Assembly (NCBI GenBank): GCA_963702095.1
Contig: OY969706.1
Span: 1,248,001-1,312,000, forward strand
Direction of reading: 5' to 3'
Length of the DNA: 64,000 nucleotides
Source: Candidatus Bathyarchaeota archaeon
GTDB taxonomy: Archaea > Thermoproteota > Bathyarchaeia > Bathyarchaeales > Bathycorpusculaceae
Shown here: positions 1 to 8,913 of the stretch, piece by piece
How positions within the stretch are numbered: position 1 is the stretch's first letter
How the letters are laid out: every line of letters begins with the position of its first letter
Notes under the pieces: generated by a model
Databases searched by the model: none
Seen by the model: the letters and a program-made list of their open reading frames with translations, nothing else
What the model was told of the DNA's origin: nothing
Made by a program: the position numbers and the translations under genes

Positions 1-37
1 AAGATTATATTAACCAAACAACCGCTAATATGAAAGT

Positions 38-448
38 ATGAACGCCGCTGTTGTTTACTTCTCCAGAACCGGAAACACCAAACGCTTCGCTGAGGCAATA
101 GCCCAAACCGCACAAGCATCCCTCTACGACCTGGATTCCGTTGACCCAGCCAAAATTGCTGGCATTGACCTCCTGATCTTCGGTGGACCTGTGGAAGGTT
201 CAAGCCCCACCAAAGAAGCCATGGCATACCTCGCGAAAATGCCCGCTGTTAGTGGCAAAAAAGCCATGGTTTTCTGTACCTACCGCCTCTTTGGCAACGA
301 ACGGGCAATGAAGGTTGTGGAGAAAGAGTTGGCGGGCAAAGGTTATGAGGTAGTGTTTAAGGTTTCAAAGAAGGGCATGAAGCCTGAGAAGGAAGTTGAC
401 TTCTCAAAAGAGCTTGCGGAAGTAAAGAAGGCTCTGGAAAAACTGTAG
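38..448 (+). CDS. Flavodoxin-like protein
   Basis: N-terminal YFSRTGNTKRFAEAIA FMN-binding loop; flavodoxin size (136 aa). Confidence 0.85.
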   Translation: MNAAVVYFSRTGNTKRFAEAIAQTAQASLYDLDSVDPAKIAGIDLLIFGGPVEGSSPTKEAMAYLAKMPAVSGKKAMVFCTYRLFGNERAMKVVEKELAGKGYEVVFKVSKKGMKPEKEVDFSKELAEVKKALEKL

Positions 449-453
449 AGAAG

Positions 454-633
454 TTAGTTGCCTATAGCTGGATGCATCAACGGATAGTTATCAACGTTTT
501 GTACGTTGATCTGATAGGGTGAATCCCATATGCCGTCGTTGTTGGCGTCGGTGCCTGTGTAGTCGCTCCAGTAATTGCCTGTGGATTCATTGTCCAGTTG
601 TTTTGAGGCAAGTAGGATGCCTAACTTTTCCAA
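454..633 (-). pseudogene. Remnant of NosD/CASH-type parallel beta-helix surface protein (59 aa; start of signal peptide fused to C-terminal motif)
   Basis: Hand translation from TTG 633: MEKLGILLASKQLDNESTGNYWSDYTGTDANNDGIWDSPYQINVQNVDNYPLMHPAIGN*. GNYWSDYxGxDxNxDGIxDxPY is the typical C-terminal NosD motif. Confidence 0.75.
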
Positions 634-671
634 AACAGCCTATGCCCGATTGTATTTAAGACTAAACATTG

Positions 672-684
672 GAACAGCATGTTC
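672..684. promoter_or_regulatory. Palindromic operator GAACA-N3-TGTTC, 11 nt upstream of minus-strand TATA (CTTAAATA 660-653)
   Basis: GAACAGCATGTTC; same motif and spacing at 4476, 36045, 36568. Confidence 0.6.
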
Positions 685-727
685 GCCCAGCAAAAGCGTT
701 TGAGCAGAAAACGTTAATGTCATGCAT

Positions 728-860
728 CTAATTGTAGAAGCCTCCACAACCTGCCCAAAACGCCACGGCACGCCAAAACCAAAAAAGCAACCGCCCACAC
801 AGGCGGCTGGTTGTTGTTGAGTATAGCCGTTTTTTGGCAACAACAACTGTAGAAAAAAAT
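728..860 (+). repeat. Dispersed intergenic repeat family 2, diverged copy
   Basis: CTAATTGTAG..CCACAACCTGCC..AACCAAAAAAGCA..CACAGG..GTATAG..TAGAAAAAA aligns with 4248-4397, 20592-20726, 34795-34940; hairpin GTTGTTGTTG(810-819)/CAACAACAAC(838-847). Confidence 0.65.
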
Positions 861-932
861 TCTAAAATGAGAATAAAAAGGAAAACCAAAAAAAAGAAAA
901 GTGTCTTCCTTAAAACTTTTGCTTTGATGCTT

Positions 933-1058
933 TTATGCGCCATCGATTAGGTGGGCTGTTCCGTCTGGACAGTAAACTTTGTCAAACACTTCAGTACAAT
1001 TGAAGCGTTTGCTGCATGCTTTCATTTCGGAGCATCCGTCGCAATCACGTGATAACAT
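933..1058 (-). CDS. Cys-rich micro-protein (41 aa), putative metal-binding
   Basis: MLSRDCDGCSEMKACSKRFNCTEVFDKVYCPDGTAHLIDGA*; AGGAGG Shine-Dalgarno upstream; below ORF-track cutoff. Confidence 0.65.
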   Translation of the reverse strand: MLSRDCDGCSEMKACSKRFNCTEVFDKVYCPDGTAHLIDGA

Positions 1059-1323
1059 TTCTATTCTTTTCCTCCTTGTGATTCTGATTTTGGGGGGCAA
1101 TTTGGTCTTTTTTGTGTGATCAGCGTTCTACTGATTCGCACGTCTAACGATTGCCTCCGATAGAGCCATACGAAGATGCTCTTGCCTCTTTTAAACATTG
1201 TTATAATTGGAATATGGATTTAAACTCAGCCAATTTTGCAGTTTAAGCAGAAAATTTATACGGCTAACTTTGAATACGGCATTTTAGAAAAATTGAAAGA
1301 AGAGGAAACCATGACCGCTTCGG

Positions 1324-1845
1324 CTAAAACGACTCCTGATGCACCACTTCAGACGCAGGGCGACGCTCTCTGGCTGGCGGCGACTCATTAGGGTACCCCA
1401 CCGGAATCAACGCGACTGGCTGCAGGTCAGGGGGACAATTGATCACTTTTCGCACGTTTTCTTCATTAAAAGCGCCTATCCAGCATGTGCCGAGTCCAAT
1501 TGAGTGGGCTGTGAGTAAGATGTTTTGGGTGGCAGCCGCCGTGTCCTGATAGCAGTAGAGTGTTTCTCCGCGAGCACCATAGTTTTCAGCGGCGTACTTG
1601 AGGTTAACGCAGACCACTATATCCACCGAGGCCTCGACTATGCTTTTCTGCCCGTACGCGGCGTCGGAGAGCCTCTGTTTGGTTTCCTCTTTAGCGGCAA
1701 CCACAAATGCCCATGGCTGCATGTTTCCAGCGGACGGTGCCCACCTCGCCGCGTCAAGCAACTTTTCGATAATGCTTGGGTGTAGTTCCTGTTTTTTGAA
1801 GGTCCGTATGCTCCTACGGTTCATTATGGCTTCAGTGACGTCCAA
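1324..1845 (-). CDS. Nitroreductase family protein
   Basis: RRSIRTF, WAPSAGNMQPW, GLGTCWIG motifs. Confidence 0.92.
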   Translation of the reverse strand: MDVTEAIMNRRSIRTFKKQELHPSIIEKLLDAARWAPSAGNMQPWAFVVAAKEETKQRLSDAAYGQKSIVEASVDIVVCVNLKYAAENYGARGETLYCYQDTAAATQNILLTAHSIGLGTCWIGAFNEENVRKVINCPPDLQPVALIPVGYPNESPPARERRPASEVVHQESF

Positions 1846-2028
1846 AACTAAAATCTCCTACTAGAAACATGGTTAAAGACAATAAAAACCGTTTGCAGCA
1901 TAGCATCATAGCGAAAGCGGAAGAGTCTTAAGTTATGGCGTCAAAGTGTGTTTTGGATGATGTGCACTTAGAGCTAGAGCATTATGCTGTGAATTGGCTC
2001 GACGGGCGAACTGACACCTGCATTTTTT

Positions 2029-3684
2029 TTAATGGTACACGTAATTTTTGCGTTTGTTTTTTACCCACGTTTTTCCGGTGTAAACTGCGATCAGGGTGTT
2101 GCAGATTAAACCTGTAAGAACAAACAAGCCTGTATCCATAACAGGTATAGTCATGCCTTTGCTGCTCAAACTTGCCTCGGCACCACCATACGGGGTTAAT
2201 TTGATGCCGTTCTGCCAGCCGCTATCAAGCTGAACCGAATAATACAGTGTTCCATCCACAAAATTGCTGGCAGATATCGACCCATAATTCGTGTAGTGAA
2301 TTGGAAACGTTTTGTAGAGGGACCAGCTTGATCCCCCGTTTTTGCTAACCCAGATTCCAGCTATCCACTGCGTTGGGTGGTCGGCGCCTGTAAAGCTGGC
2401 GTAGATGTCTCCGTTGAGGTCGTTTGTGCGTATCCAATATCCATAACATTGGTCGCCTGTATCGAGCACTATGTTGAAGGTTTTGTCGTCGGTCGTACGC
2501 CAAATCTGCCCGTTGTCATAGTCTGTTGCAAGGATTCTGGCGCTTGGGAGCAGTTGCCCGTTGGGTCCATATTTGTTGACGACTTCCAAAGCGAGCATCT
2601 GGGGGAGCGTGAATATTTTTTTCCAGCTGCTGTTTGATAAGCCGCCGTCTGTAGCTCTAATAACTGATGTGTGCCATACGCTGTTGATTCTTTCGTCGCC
2701 GACGGATGCGTAGATGTAGTTGTTGCTTTTGTCGACGACTATGCAGTGTATATGGCGGCCTGTGGAGTCATAATACACCGTTGTCCAGGTGGATCCATCG
2801 TCGGTGCTTCTGAAGATGGATGCGTTGCCTGTTGTTGTGCCTGTTGTGTAGACTCCTGCAAGGAGATTGCCATATGCGTCTTCGGTCATGGACATCACAC
2901 AGGAGTCAGCTGGCAGAGACAGTACGCGCGTCCAGGTTTGTCCGCCGTTTATGCTTCGCCATACGCCTAGACTGCTGGTTGGCGCTGATGGGTTTGGCGT
3001 AACGAAGACATAGCCCAACGAGTTAACATAGACGTTGCTTATTCCAGTGCTGGATCCGCTGAAGGTTATCAGCGGCTGCCATGTTTGACCCTGATTTACA
3101 CTCTTATAGAGTGACTGATAGGCTGCCGCGTAGAGGGTGCCATTGTTAGCTATCCAGCTTGCCTGTATCTGCTTTGTCAGAACTGTTTCGCCTATGACCT
3201 GTGGCGAAGTCGGATTCGGCGTAGGCTTTGGGGTTGGAGGCGACGGAGTAGGCGTGGGTGATGCGGTTGGTTGCGGCGTCGGGGTTGCGGTTGGTGTAGG
3301 TTTTGGGGTTGGTGTATTGCTGGGCGGTGGAGTGACGGTTGGGGTAGCAGTGGGCGCTGGCGTGGAGGTTGGTGTTGGATTCGGTGTTGGGCTGGGTGTA
3401 GGGGTAGGATTAGAGGTTGGCGTTGGCTCTGGATCCTGAGTTGGCTGAGGTATAGCAGTTGGGTGAGGCGTTTTATTTGGAGTTGGGGTTGATGTTGGTT
3501 TTGGTTTTGGAGTCGGAGTGGGGGTCGCTATTAACGTTGGATTGGGTGTGGTGGATGGCCATGCAGGCGACTTGCTGCTGTGATCACTTGAGGAGACTAA
3601 AAGTGGGAAGCTAAAGTGTATCAGGGGAACAATCAGTAAAAGAACAATCCCTATGAGTACTAACCGTTTTCCTGTTGTCTTCAA
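2029..3684 (-). CDS. Surface protein: N-terminal anchor, Pro/Thr-rich stalk, BNR/Asp-box (sialidase-like) beta-propeller, C-terminal TM
   Basis: Repeated SxxxGxTW Asp-boxes ([32 protein letters not shown]); about 120 aa PT repeat; hydrophobic termini. Confidence 0.8.
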   Translation of the reverse strand: MKTTGKRLVLIGIVLLLIVPLIHFSFPLLVSSSDHSSKSPAWPSTTPNPTLIATPTPTPKPKPTSTPTPNKTPHPTAIPQPTQDPEPTPTSNPTPTPSPTPNPTPTSTPAPTATPTVTPPPSNTPTPKPTPTATPTPQPTASPTPTPSPPTPKPTPNPTSPQVIGETVLTKQIQASWIANNGTLYAAAYQSLYKSVNQGQTWQPLITFSGSSTGISNVYVNSLGYVFVTPNPSAPTSSLGVWRSINGGQTWTRVLSLPADSCVMSMTEDAYGNLLAGVYTTGTTTGNASIFRSTDDGSTWTTVYYDSTGRHIHCIVVDKSNNYIYASVGDERINSVWHTSVIRATDGGLSNSSWKKIFTLPQMLALEVVNKYGPNGQLLPSARILATDYDNGQIWRTTDDKTFNIVLDTGDQCYGYWIRTNDLNGDIYASFTGADHPTQWIAGIWVSKNGGSSWSLYKTFPIHYTNYGSISASNFVDGTLYYSVQLDSGWQNGIKLTPYGGAEASLSSKGMTIPVMDTGLFVLTGLICNTLIAVYTGKTWVKNKRKNYVYH

Positions 3685-3915
3685 AAAACTGTTTCTTCCT
3701 AAAAACTGCTAAGAATGCAGATACTATTTAAGACGCGACGGCTGATAAACTTGATGGTTCGCTAAAATTTTGTTCTGTCAAGTAAGCTATCTCAATCAAC
3801 CCGTCAGTTACCCTTCTTATTTTTGTTTAAGCTGTGTTTAAAAAGCATAAAATTTATCAAGGCAGTAGCTGTGAAGAAACCAGCATAACGCATTGATTAG
3901 CGTGGCACAATCGAG

Positions 3916-4221
3916 GTGAAAACAAGCATGGTTGAAACTAAAGAAATGAAAGTCAACGCTTCCGAACTCAAAGTGGAAGAAGCCAAAATCGTTGAGAAAC
4001 TAGCAGACTTCCTAAAAGAAAAAACAGGCGGCGAAGTCACCACTGAAGGCAAAACCGTCACCGTCAAAGGCCAAGGAGAGGCACTGAGCAAAAAATATGT
4101 GCGCATAACAGTGAAGAAATTCCTCCACAAACACGAGTTAACTGACACCTTCAAAGTCATCGGAGACGAAGAAGCCCTCAAAATCAAGGAGCGCAAAGTC
4201 GCCGAAGAGGAAGAAGACTAA
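3916..4221 (+). CDS. rpl22e: Ribosomal protein eL22 (L22e) homolog
   Basis: LADFLKEK..VTTEGKTVTVK..LSKKYVRITVKKFLHKHELTDTFKVI..EEEED matches eukaryotic eL22 pattern (FLQER..[25 protein letters not shown]..EEEED). Confidence 0.8.
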   Translation: MKTSMVETKEMKVNASELKVEEAKIVEKLADFLKEKTGGEVTTEGKTVTVKGQGEALSKKYVRITVKKFLHKHELTDTFKVIGDEEALKIKERKVAEEEED

Positions 4222-4247
4222 TCCATTCCTCCTTTTAAAAGTAGATT

Positions 4248-4397
4248 AAAATTTGGGGTCTTTTTGTTATTTCTAGTTTAAGAAGAAGGCAGAGCGCCCC
4301 TTACTCTTCTTCTTCCTGTGGCCTTGGTGGGCGACTGTGTTTTTTGTTCTGCAACGGATTTGGGTTGCTGGCTGGTTGTGGAGCAAACCTCAAGCAG
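4248..4397 (-). repeat. Dispersed intergenic repeat family 2
   Basis: Reverse complement aligns end to end with 34795-34940; hairpin AAGAAGAAG(4280-4288)/CTTCTTCTT(4306-4314). Confidence 0.85.
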
Positions 4398-4475
4398 ACC
4401 AGATTTTTTGATCTATTGTTTAAGTTTTATAAAATTTTTTGTGTTCTCTTTCCGAGTTCTGCTGTCCTAAATTTT

Positions 4476-4506
4476 GAACACCCTGTTCGCGGGCTTAGCA
4501 TTAAAT
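4476..4506 (+). promoter_or_regulatory. Operator GAACA-N3-TGTTC plus BRE/TATA
   Basis: GAACACCCTGTTCGCGGGCTTAGCATTAAAT is nearly identical to 36568-36598. Confidence 0.75.
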
Positions 4507-4555
4507 CAACAGCCCCTTACTATACTATTAACCGGTATGTGAGGCCTGAACAGAT

Positions 4556-4732
4556 TTGAGCCACAAAAAACTTGCCATAAGCAGCATCGTTGTTTCTGTA
4601 TCCCTCTTAACTGTGGTGGTGTTTTTGGCAATTTGCTCCTCTGCCCTGCAAGCCATAAACCCCATCGCAGCCCTCACAGCCGTCGCCGTTGCCGTCATAG
4701 GCTTTGCTTGGTTCAAAAAATCAAGCAGCTAA
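4556..4732 (+). CDS. 58-aa two-helix membrane mini-protein / hollowed surface-protein remnant (signal peptide fused to C-terminal anchor)
   Basis: TTG start: MSHKKLAISSIVVSVSLLTVVVFLAICSSALQAINPIAALTAVAVAVIGFAWFKKSSS*; directly downstream of operator/TATA. Confidence 0.6.
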   Translation: MSHKKLAISSIVVSVSLLTVVVFLAICSSALQAINPIAALTAVAVAVIGFAWFKKSSS

Positions 4733-4775
4733 CCCCTCGTTTAACCTTCTCCTCTTAAGCCGTGGCGGCACCGAC

Positions 4776-6116
4776 CTACCTTTTTCTCCTCAAAGTTACG
4801 ATTAAGATAACTATCAAGACGGCTATGACGACTAACACAGCTAAAATGGCGACTTCCACTGTGTTGAGGTCAAATGCGGCGTCTTGGTTACCTGATTGGG
4901 CTGGCGTTGTCGGGTTGGCTGTGGGGGTTGCTGTTGGATTTTTGGTTGGGTTTTGAGTCGGTTGAGTAGTCGGTGCAATAGTTGGCGCAGGAGTGGGGGT
5001 TTGACTGTATTCGATTCCGACTGTGTTTTTAGCGATGGTGTTCTGTTCAATAGTTATGACATTCGTGTCTGGCTCGGGAAAGTTAAAGGATGAAGAAGCC
5101 TGAAGTTTCATCCCAAGATCATTATTGTAGATGACGTTGTTTTTCACGGTAGCATAACAGCCACCAAATGTAATGCCTGTCTGAGTGTTTGAAATCTGAT
5201 TACCGGTTATGGTTGCCGTAGTGCGTAGGCTTGACATATAAGAACCGCTGATTGTAATGCCATATGATTTGCCGTTGCCGGTAATACGATTGTTTAATAT
5301 GTCGGCTGTAGCTCCAGCGACGAAAATCATTGGATAGTTGCCTTTGCAATAAATTTCGTTGTTACTGATTGTTACGTGATTACCGCCTATATCGCAGTGG
5401 ATACCATCGCTTATTTTATTGTCAGATGCTATGGCATTTGCGCCTGAAACAAAGATTAGACGGGTGTTGATGTTGTTTGATTTTACCTGGGATGACCCGC
5501 CTACATAGCAGCTATCTGTGATTTGGTTGTTGGTTACAACTGCTGAGCCCTCAGTATGTAGCTCCTTAATCGTGTTATCAGAAACTGTTGATGACCCGCC
5601 GGCATCGAGTATGTTAAACGTGTTCTTGGTTATTCTGACGGTGGCGCTGGTTTCTAGGTTATCTGTTACAGTGTTTTCGAATATGGAGCCTGAACCAGCG
5701 ACAGATGTGTAGCGGACTTCTCCGTTGTTAAAGTAGATTTTGTCGTTGTCTGTGCCTTGCGCAATTAGGGTTCCGTTTACCTGGATGTAGAAGCCGTTTA
5801 AGTTAACGGTGACACCAGGCTCGACAGTTATGGTTACACCCTTGTCAATTGCGACGGGCCCATCTAAGGCGTAGGGGCTGTTTGCTTTGGTCCATGTGCT
5901 GCTTTGTGTTAGTATACCGTGAAAACTGTCTGCGGCGTTAACGTCGCTTACTAAGCATACGCCGGCTAAAATGGTAACCAGCAAAAACCAAGCTGCAAAA
6001 CAGCCTGTTCTGTTTATTCTCGTTTTTCGGGTTACCATTTGTTTAGGTTTATTCATTGCTTCTGGTTCTCCGTTCTTTGCTATTAGCCTTTGCTTTTCGG
6101 GACTAAAAGTAGGCAT
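4776..6116 (-). CDS. Right-handed parallel beta-helix surface protein with PT linker and C-terminal TM anchor (true start probably near 6038)
   Basis: TWTKANSPY..GVTITVEPGVTV..IQVNGTLIAQGT motif, repeated xNNxI rungs, TM + RRKR tail. Confidence 0.8.
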   Translation of the reverse strand: MPTFSPEKQRLIAKNGEPEAMNKPKQMVTRKTRINRTGCFAAWFLLVTILAGVCLVSDVNAADSFHGILTQSSTWTKANSPYALDGPVAIDKGVTITVEPGVTVNLNGFYIQVNGTLIAQGTDNDKIYFNNGEVRYTSVAGSGSIFENTVTDNLETSATVRITKNTFNILDAGGSSTVSDNTIKELHTEGSAVVTNNQITDSCYVGGSSQVKSNNINTRLIFVSGANAIASDNKISDGIHCDIGGNHVTISNNEIYCKGNYPMIFVAGATADILNNRITGNGKSYGITISGSYMSSLRTTATITGNQISNTQTGITFGGCYATVKNNVIYNNDLGMKLQASSSFNFPEPDTNVITIEQNTIAKNTVGIEYSQTPTPAPTIAPTTQPTQNPTKNPTATPTANPTTPAQSGNQDAAFDLNTVEVAILAVLVVIAVLIVILIVTLRRKR

Positions 6117-6398
6117 AAAGGAGGGTTAAGCATGAACACTAAAAAGAGGAGAAACAGCGGCATGGCAGTTAATTTTTATTGTGTTCATGCTTAACCAATA
6201 ATCACCGAGGCGTTTTGGGGTTAAATGCTTTTTTGTCAAGGTTTCTGGACTAACTACTGAAAAGTTAGTCAAGGTTTGTTGACTAAGCCTGTTCTGTTTG
6301 TTCTGGTTTCTGCCAGCCACTTCAAGTCACGAAAACGGTTTCGCCTAACTTAAATATATAATCAGCCAAAACAATACCACCCCCCAGAGGCAGCTAAC

Positions 6399-7349
6399 AT
6401 GACCACCAACAGCTTCGTAACAATCCAAAACCTAACAAAAACCTTCGGCAACTTCCACGCCCTCAACAACATATCCCTCGACATCAAAGAAGGCGAAATC
6501 TTCAGCTACATCGGCCCCAACGGCGCAGGCAAAACCACCACCATGAAAATCCTCGTCGGCTTAATCAGCACCTTCCAAGGCACAGTCACCATAGGCGACT
6601 ATCAGGTTTCAAAAAACAAAGACGAAATCCACAGGCTACTGGGCTATTTGCCTCAGGCAGTTGCGTTTCAGGATTGGCGCATCATCGACCAAGCCCTGAA
6701 AACCTTCGGCAAACTCTCAGGACTCAACGATCAGCAGCTAAGCCAGCGGATTCCCGAGGTTTTGGATTTGTTGGGGTTGGCTGAGGCGCGACATAAGAGG
6801 GTTTCTCATCTCTCAGGCGGCATGACACAGAGAGTCGGGTTAGCGCAGGCGCTACTGCATGACCCCAAACTGTTGGTGCTCGATGAACCATTGGGCGGAT
6901 TGGACCCGTTGAGTCGTCACCAGTTCAAAGACATCGTTTTAAAACTCTCACATCAGGGCACAACCATCTTGTTCTCGTCTCACATCTTAAGCGATGTCCA
7001 AGACGTGGCTAACCGAATCGGCATAATCAACCACGGCAAAATCAAGCAAGTCGGCACCCTAGGCGAGCTCAAAGCCAAGTTTATCCAGCAGAAAACCGTG
7101 GAGGTGCTGCTCTCAGGCTCCGGTGAGGGTTGGCAGCAACTTGGCAAAGTCAAGGGCATCTCGGGTGTAACGCAGCCTCAAGCGGGCATAGTGTTGGCGA
7201 ACCTTGAAGCTGATGCGGATGAGGAGCAAGCCGTCAACGACGTGGTGGCTGCAGTTGTCCGGTTGGGCATTCGTGTGCGGGGGGTATGGTTGATGGAGCC
7301 ATCATTGGATCAGATTTACTTTAACTATGTTTCGGAGGCTGAAAACTAA
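6399..7349 (+). CDS. ABC transporter ATP-binding protein
   Basis: GPNGAGKTT, LSGGM, LVLDEP, SSH. Confidence 0.93.
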   Translation: MTTNSFVTIQNLTKTFGNFHALNNISLDIKEGEIFSYIGPNGAGKTTTMKILVGLISTFQGTVTIGDYQVSKNKDEIHRLLGYLPQAVAFQDWRIIDQALKTFGKLSGLNDQQLSQRIPEVLDLLGLAEARHKRVSHLSGGMTQRVGLAQALLHDPKLLVLDEPLGGLDPLSRHQFKDIVLKLSHQGTTILFSSHILSDVQDVANRIGIINHGKIKQVGTLGELKAKFIQQKTVEVLLSGSGEGWQQLGKVKGISGVTQPQAGIVLANLEADADEEQAVNDVVAAVVRLGIRVRGVWLMEPSLDQIYFNYVSEAEN

Positions 7350-8014
7350 TGCCGCTGGGACTATTGTTTTTGGATGAGTTGCGGGGTTTCTATAGGTCCA
7401 AAGTCATGATTTTCCTCTGGGTTGGCTTGCCAGTGATTGCTTTGCTGTTCCGTTTTGTCCAAGTCAGCACTTCAGGGCAAGACATTCCATTTACATTGAT
7501 TTCTTCGCTGGTGGTCTCCAGCATAGGCGGCACCTTAGCCGCTGTAATGCTTGCGGTCTTTATCATCAACGAGAAAAACCGCCATGTCTACGACCTCTTC
7601 TTGATCCGCCCAATTAAGCGCCGAGACATCGTGCTCGCCAAGTTCCTCTCTGTCTACGTGTGCGTTGCCATAGCAAGCGTCATCGCCGTGCTCGTGGGCA
7701 TAGCCGCTGACTTCGTAACAACCGGGGCACTTCCAGCTAATACGCTAAGCGGTGTGGGGCAGTCGTTAGCGACGAGTCTGTCGATGATAGCGGTCTCGTG
7801 CTCTGCAGGTGTACTCATCGGCGTCGCTTCGCCCTCAGTTCTTGTAGGCGCCATCTTAGTCATCTACGGTGGCAACCAAATCTCGGTTATTCCACTGGTG
7901 CCGACCCTGCTCGGGCTACCCTATGCAGACCTGTACACGATTGGCTTAGCAGGGGCGGTAGCTGCAAGTTTAGTGGCTGGAGCGGTGCTGCTGTTTAACA
8001 GAAAACAGTTCTAA
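7349..8014 (+). CDS. ABC-2 type permease
   Basis: Six hydrophobic segments, RPIKRRDIVLAKF motif, coupled to ATPase. Confidence 0.85.
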   Translation: MPLGLLFLDELRGFYRSKVMIFLWVGLPVIALLFRFVQVSTSGQDIPFTLISSLVVSSIGGTLAAVMLAVFIINEKNRHVYDLFLIRPIKRRDIVLAKFLSVYVCVAIASVIAVLVGIAADFVTTGALPANTLSGVGQSLATSLSMIAVSCSAGVLIGVASPSVLVGAILVIYGGNQISVIPLVPTLLGLPYADLYTIGLAGAVAASLVAGAVLLFNRKQF

Positions 8015-8054
8015 CCACTTCAGGAGAAGAATACCTGTTTTTTTTGGGTTCAAT

Positions 8055-8229
8055 ATGTTGCTTCACACCCACACCCAGCCCCACCCAACATGAAACCACG
8101 TATTCCGTGTGAAAACAACGCATATCCCCCACCATAGCAGACAAAGAAAAACAATGCACCCCCCAAAAAACAATCGCCATCACTTGCCGTCTTGTGGTGC
8201 CCCGCAAAACGCCACACCCACACAAAGAG
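8055..8229 (+). repeat. Dispersed intergenic repeat family 1
   Basis: Aligns over about 175 nt with 62114-62293 (+) and 51868-52047 (-); core GCCGTCTTGTGGTGCCCCGCAAAACGCCACACCCACACAAAGAG. Confidence 0.85.
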
Positions 8230-8327
8230 CCAGGACACCCTTAAACCTAAGAAGCATAGGGAACACAGCAAGCTTTTGCTTTATTTGTGGTTAAAAGCAT
8301 TTATTTATGGTGATTCTTTAAAAATAG

Positions 8328-8903
8328 TTGAAGATGAGTATGTCAGAACAAATTAGAAGCTTCATAGCTTTCGACATTGAAAACGATAACATATACAACA
8401 GGATTGCCAGCATCCAAAAATCGCTGCTGCAAACCAACGCCGACTTAAAAATGGTGGAACCAAAAAACATCCATGTAACCGTGCGTTTTCTGGGCGCCAT
8501 AAGCCCCGATGTGGTCGAGAAAGTCTATGACGCCATGAAAAACGTAAAATTCGTCCCCTTCAACATACAATTAACCGGAATGGGGGTTTTCCCAACCGTA
8601 AATTACCCACGCGTCGTGTGGGCAGGAATAACCGACGGCGCAGAACAACTCAAAAGCATTTTCGAACAACTAGAACCCCAAATCCACGATTTAGGATTCG
8701 CACCAGACCCCAACGGTTTCAGCCCCCACATCACCATTGCACGGGTCCGCAGCGGCGCCAACAAGCAGCGGCTGGTAGATTTTGTGCAGCGCCAAGAATT
8801 CTATGATTTCGGCAATATCCGAGCCAACTGTCTGCGCCTCAAAAAAAGCCAGCTATCCCCCAAAGGCCCCACATACTCAACCCTCAAAGAATACTGCCCA
8901 TAG
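8328..8903 (+). CDS. thpR: RNA 2',3'-cyclic phosphodiesterase (2'-5' RNA ligase family)
   Basis: Two HxT motifs (HVTVRFLG, PHITIAR), PRVVWAG; adjacent to cca. Confidence 0.92.
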   Translation: MKMSMSEQIRSFIAFDIENDNIYNRIASIQKSLLQTNADLKMVEPKNIHVTVRFLGAISPDVVEKVYDAMKNVKFVPFNIQLTGMGVFPTVNYPRVVWAGITDGAEQLKSIFEQLEPQIHDLGFAPDPNGFSPHITIARVRSGANKQRLVDFVQRQEFYDFGNIRANCLRLKKSQLSPKGPTYSTLKEYCP

Positions 8904-8913
8904 AGGCTTGAAA

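Noticed and set aside
3200-3560. GGT/GGG-rich tandem pattern resembling an array
   Set aside because: Encodes the Pro/Thr stalk of 2029-3684; no repeat-spacer structure.
5997-6010. AAACAGCCTGTTC near-match to the operator
   Set aside because: Imperfect, inside the coding region and without a correctly spaced TATA.
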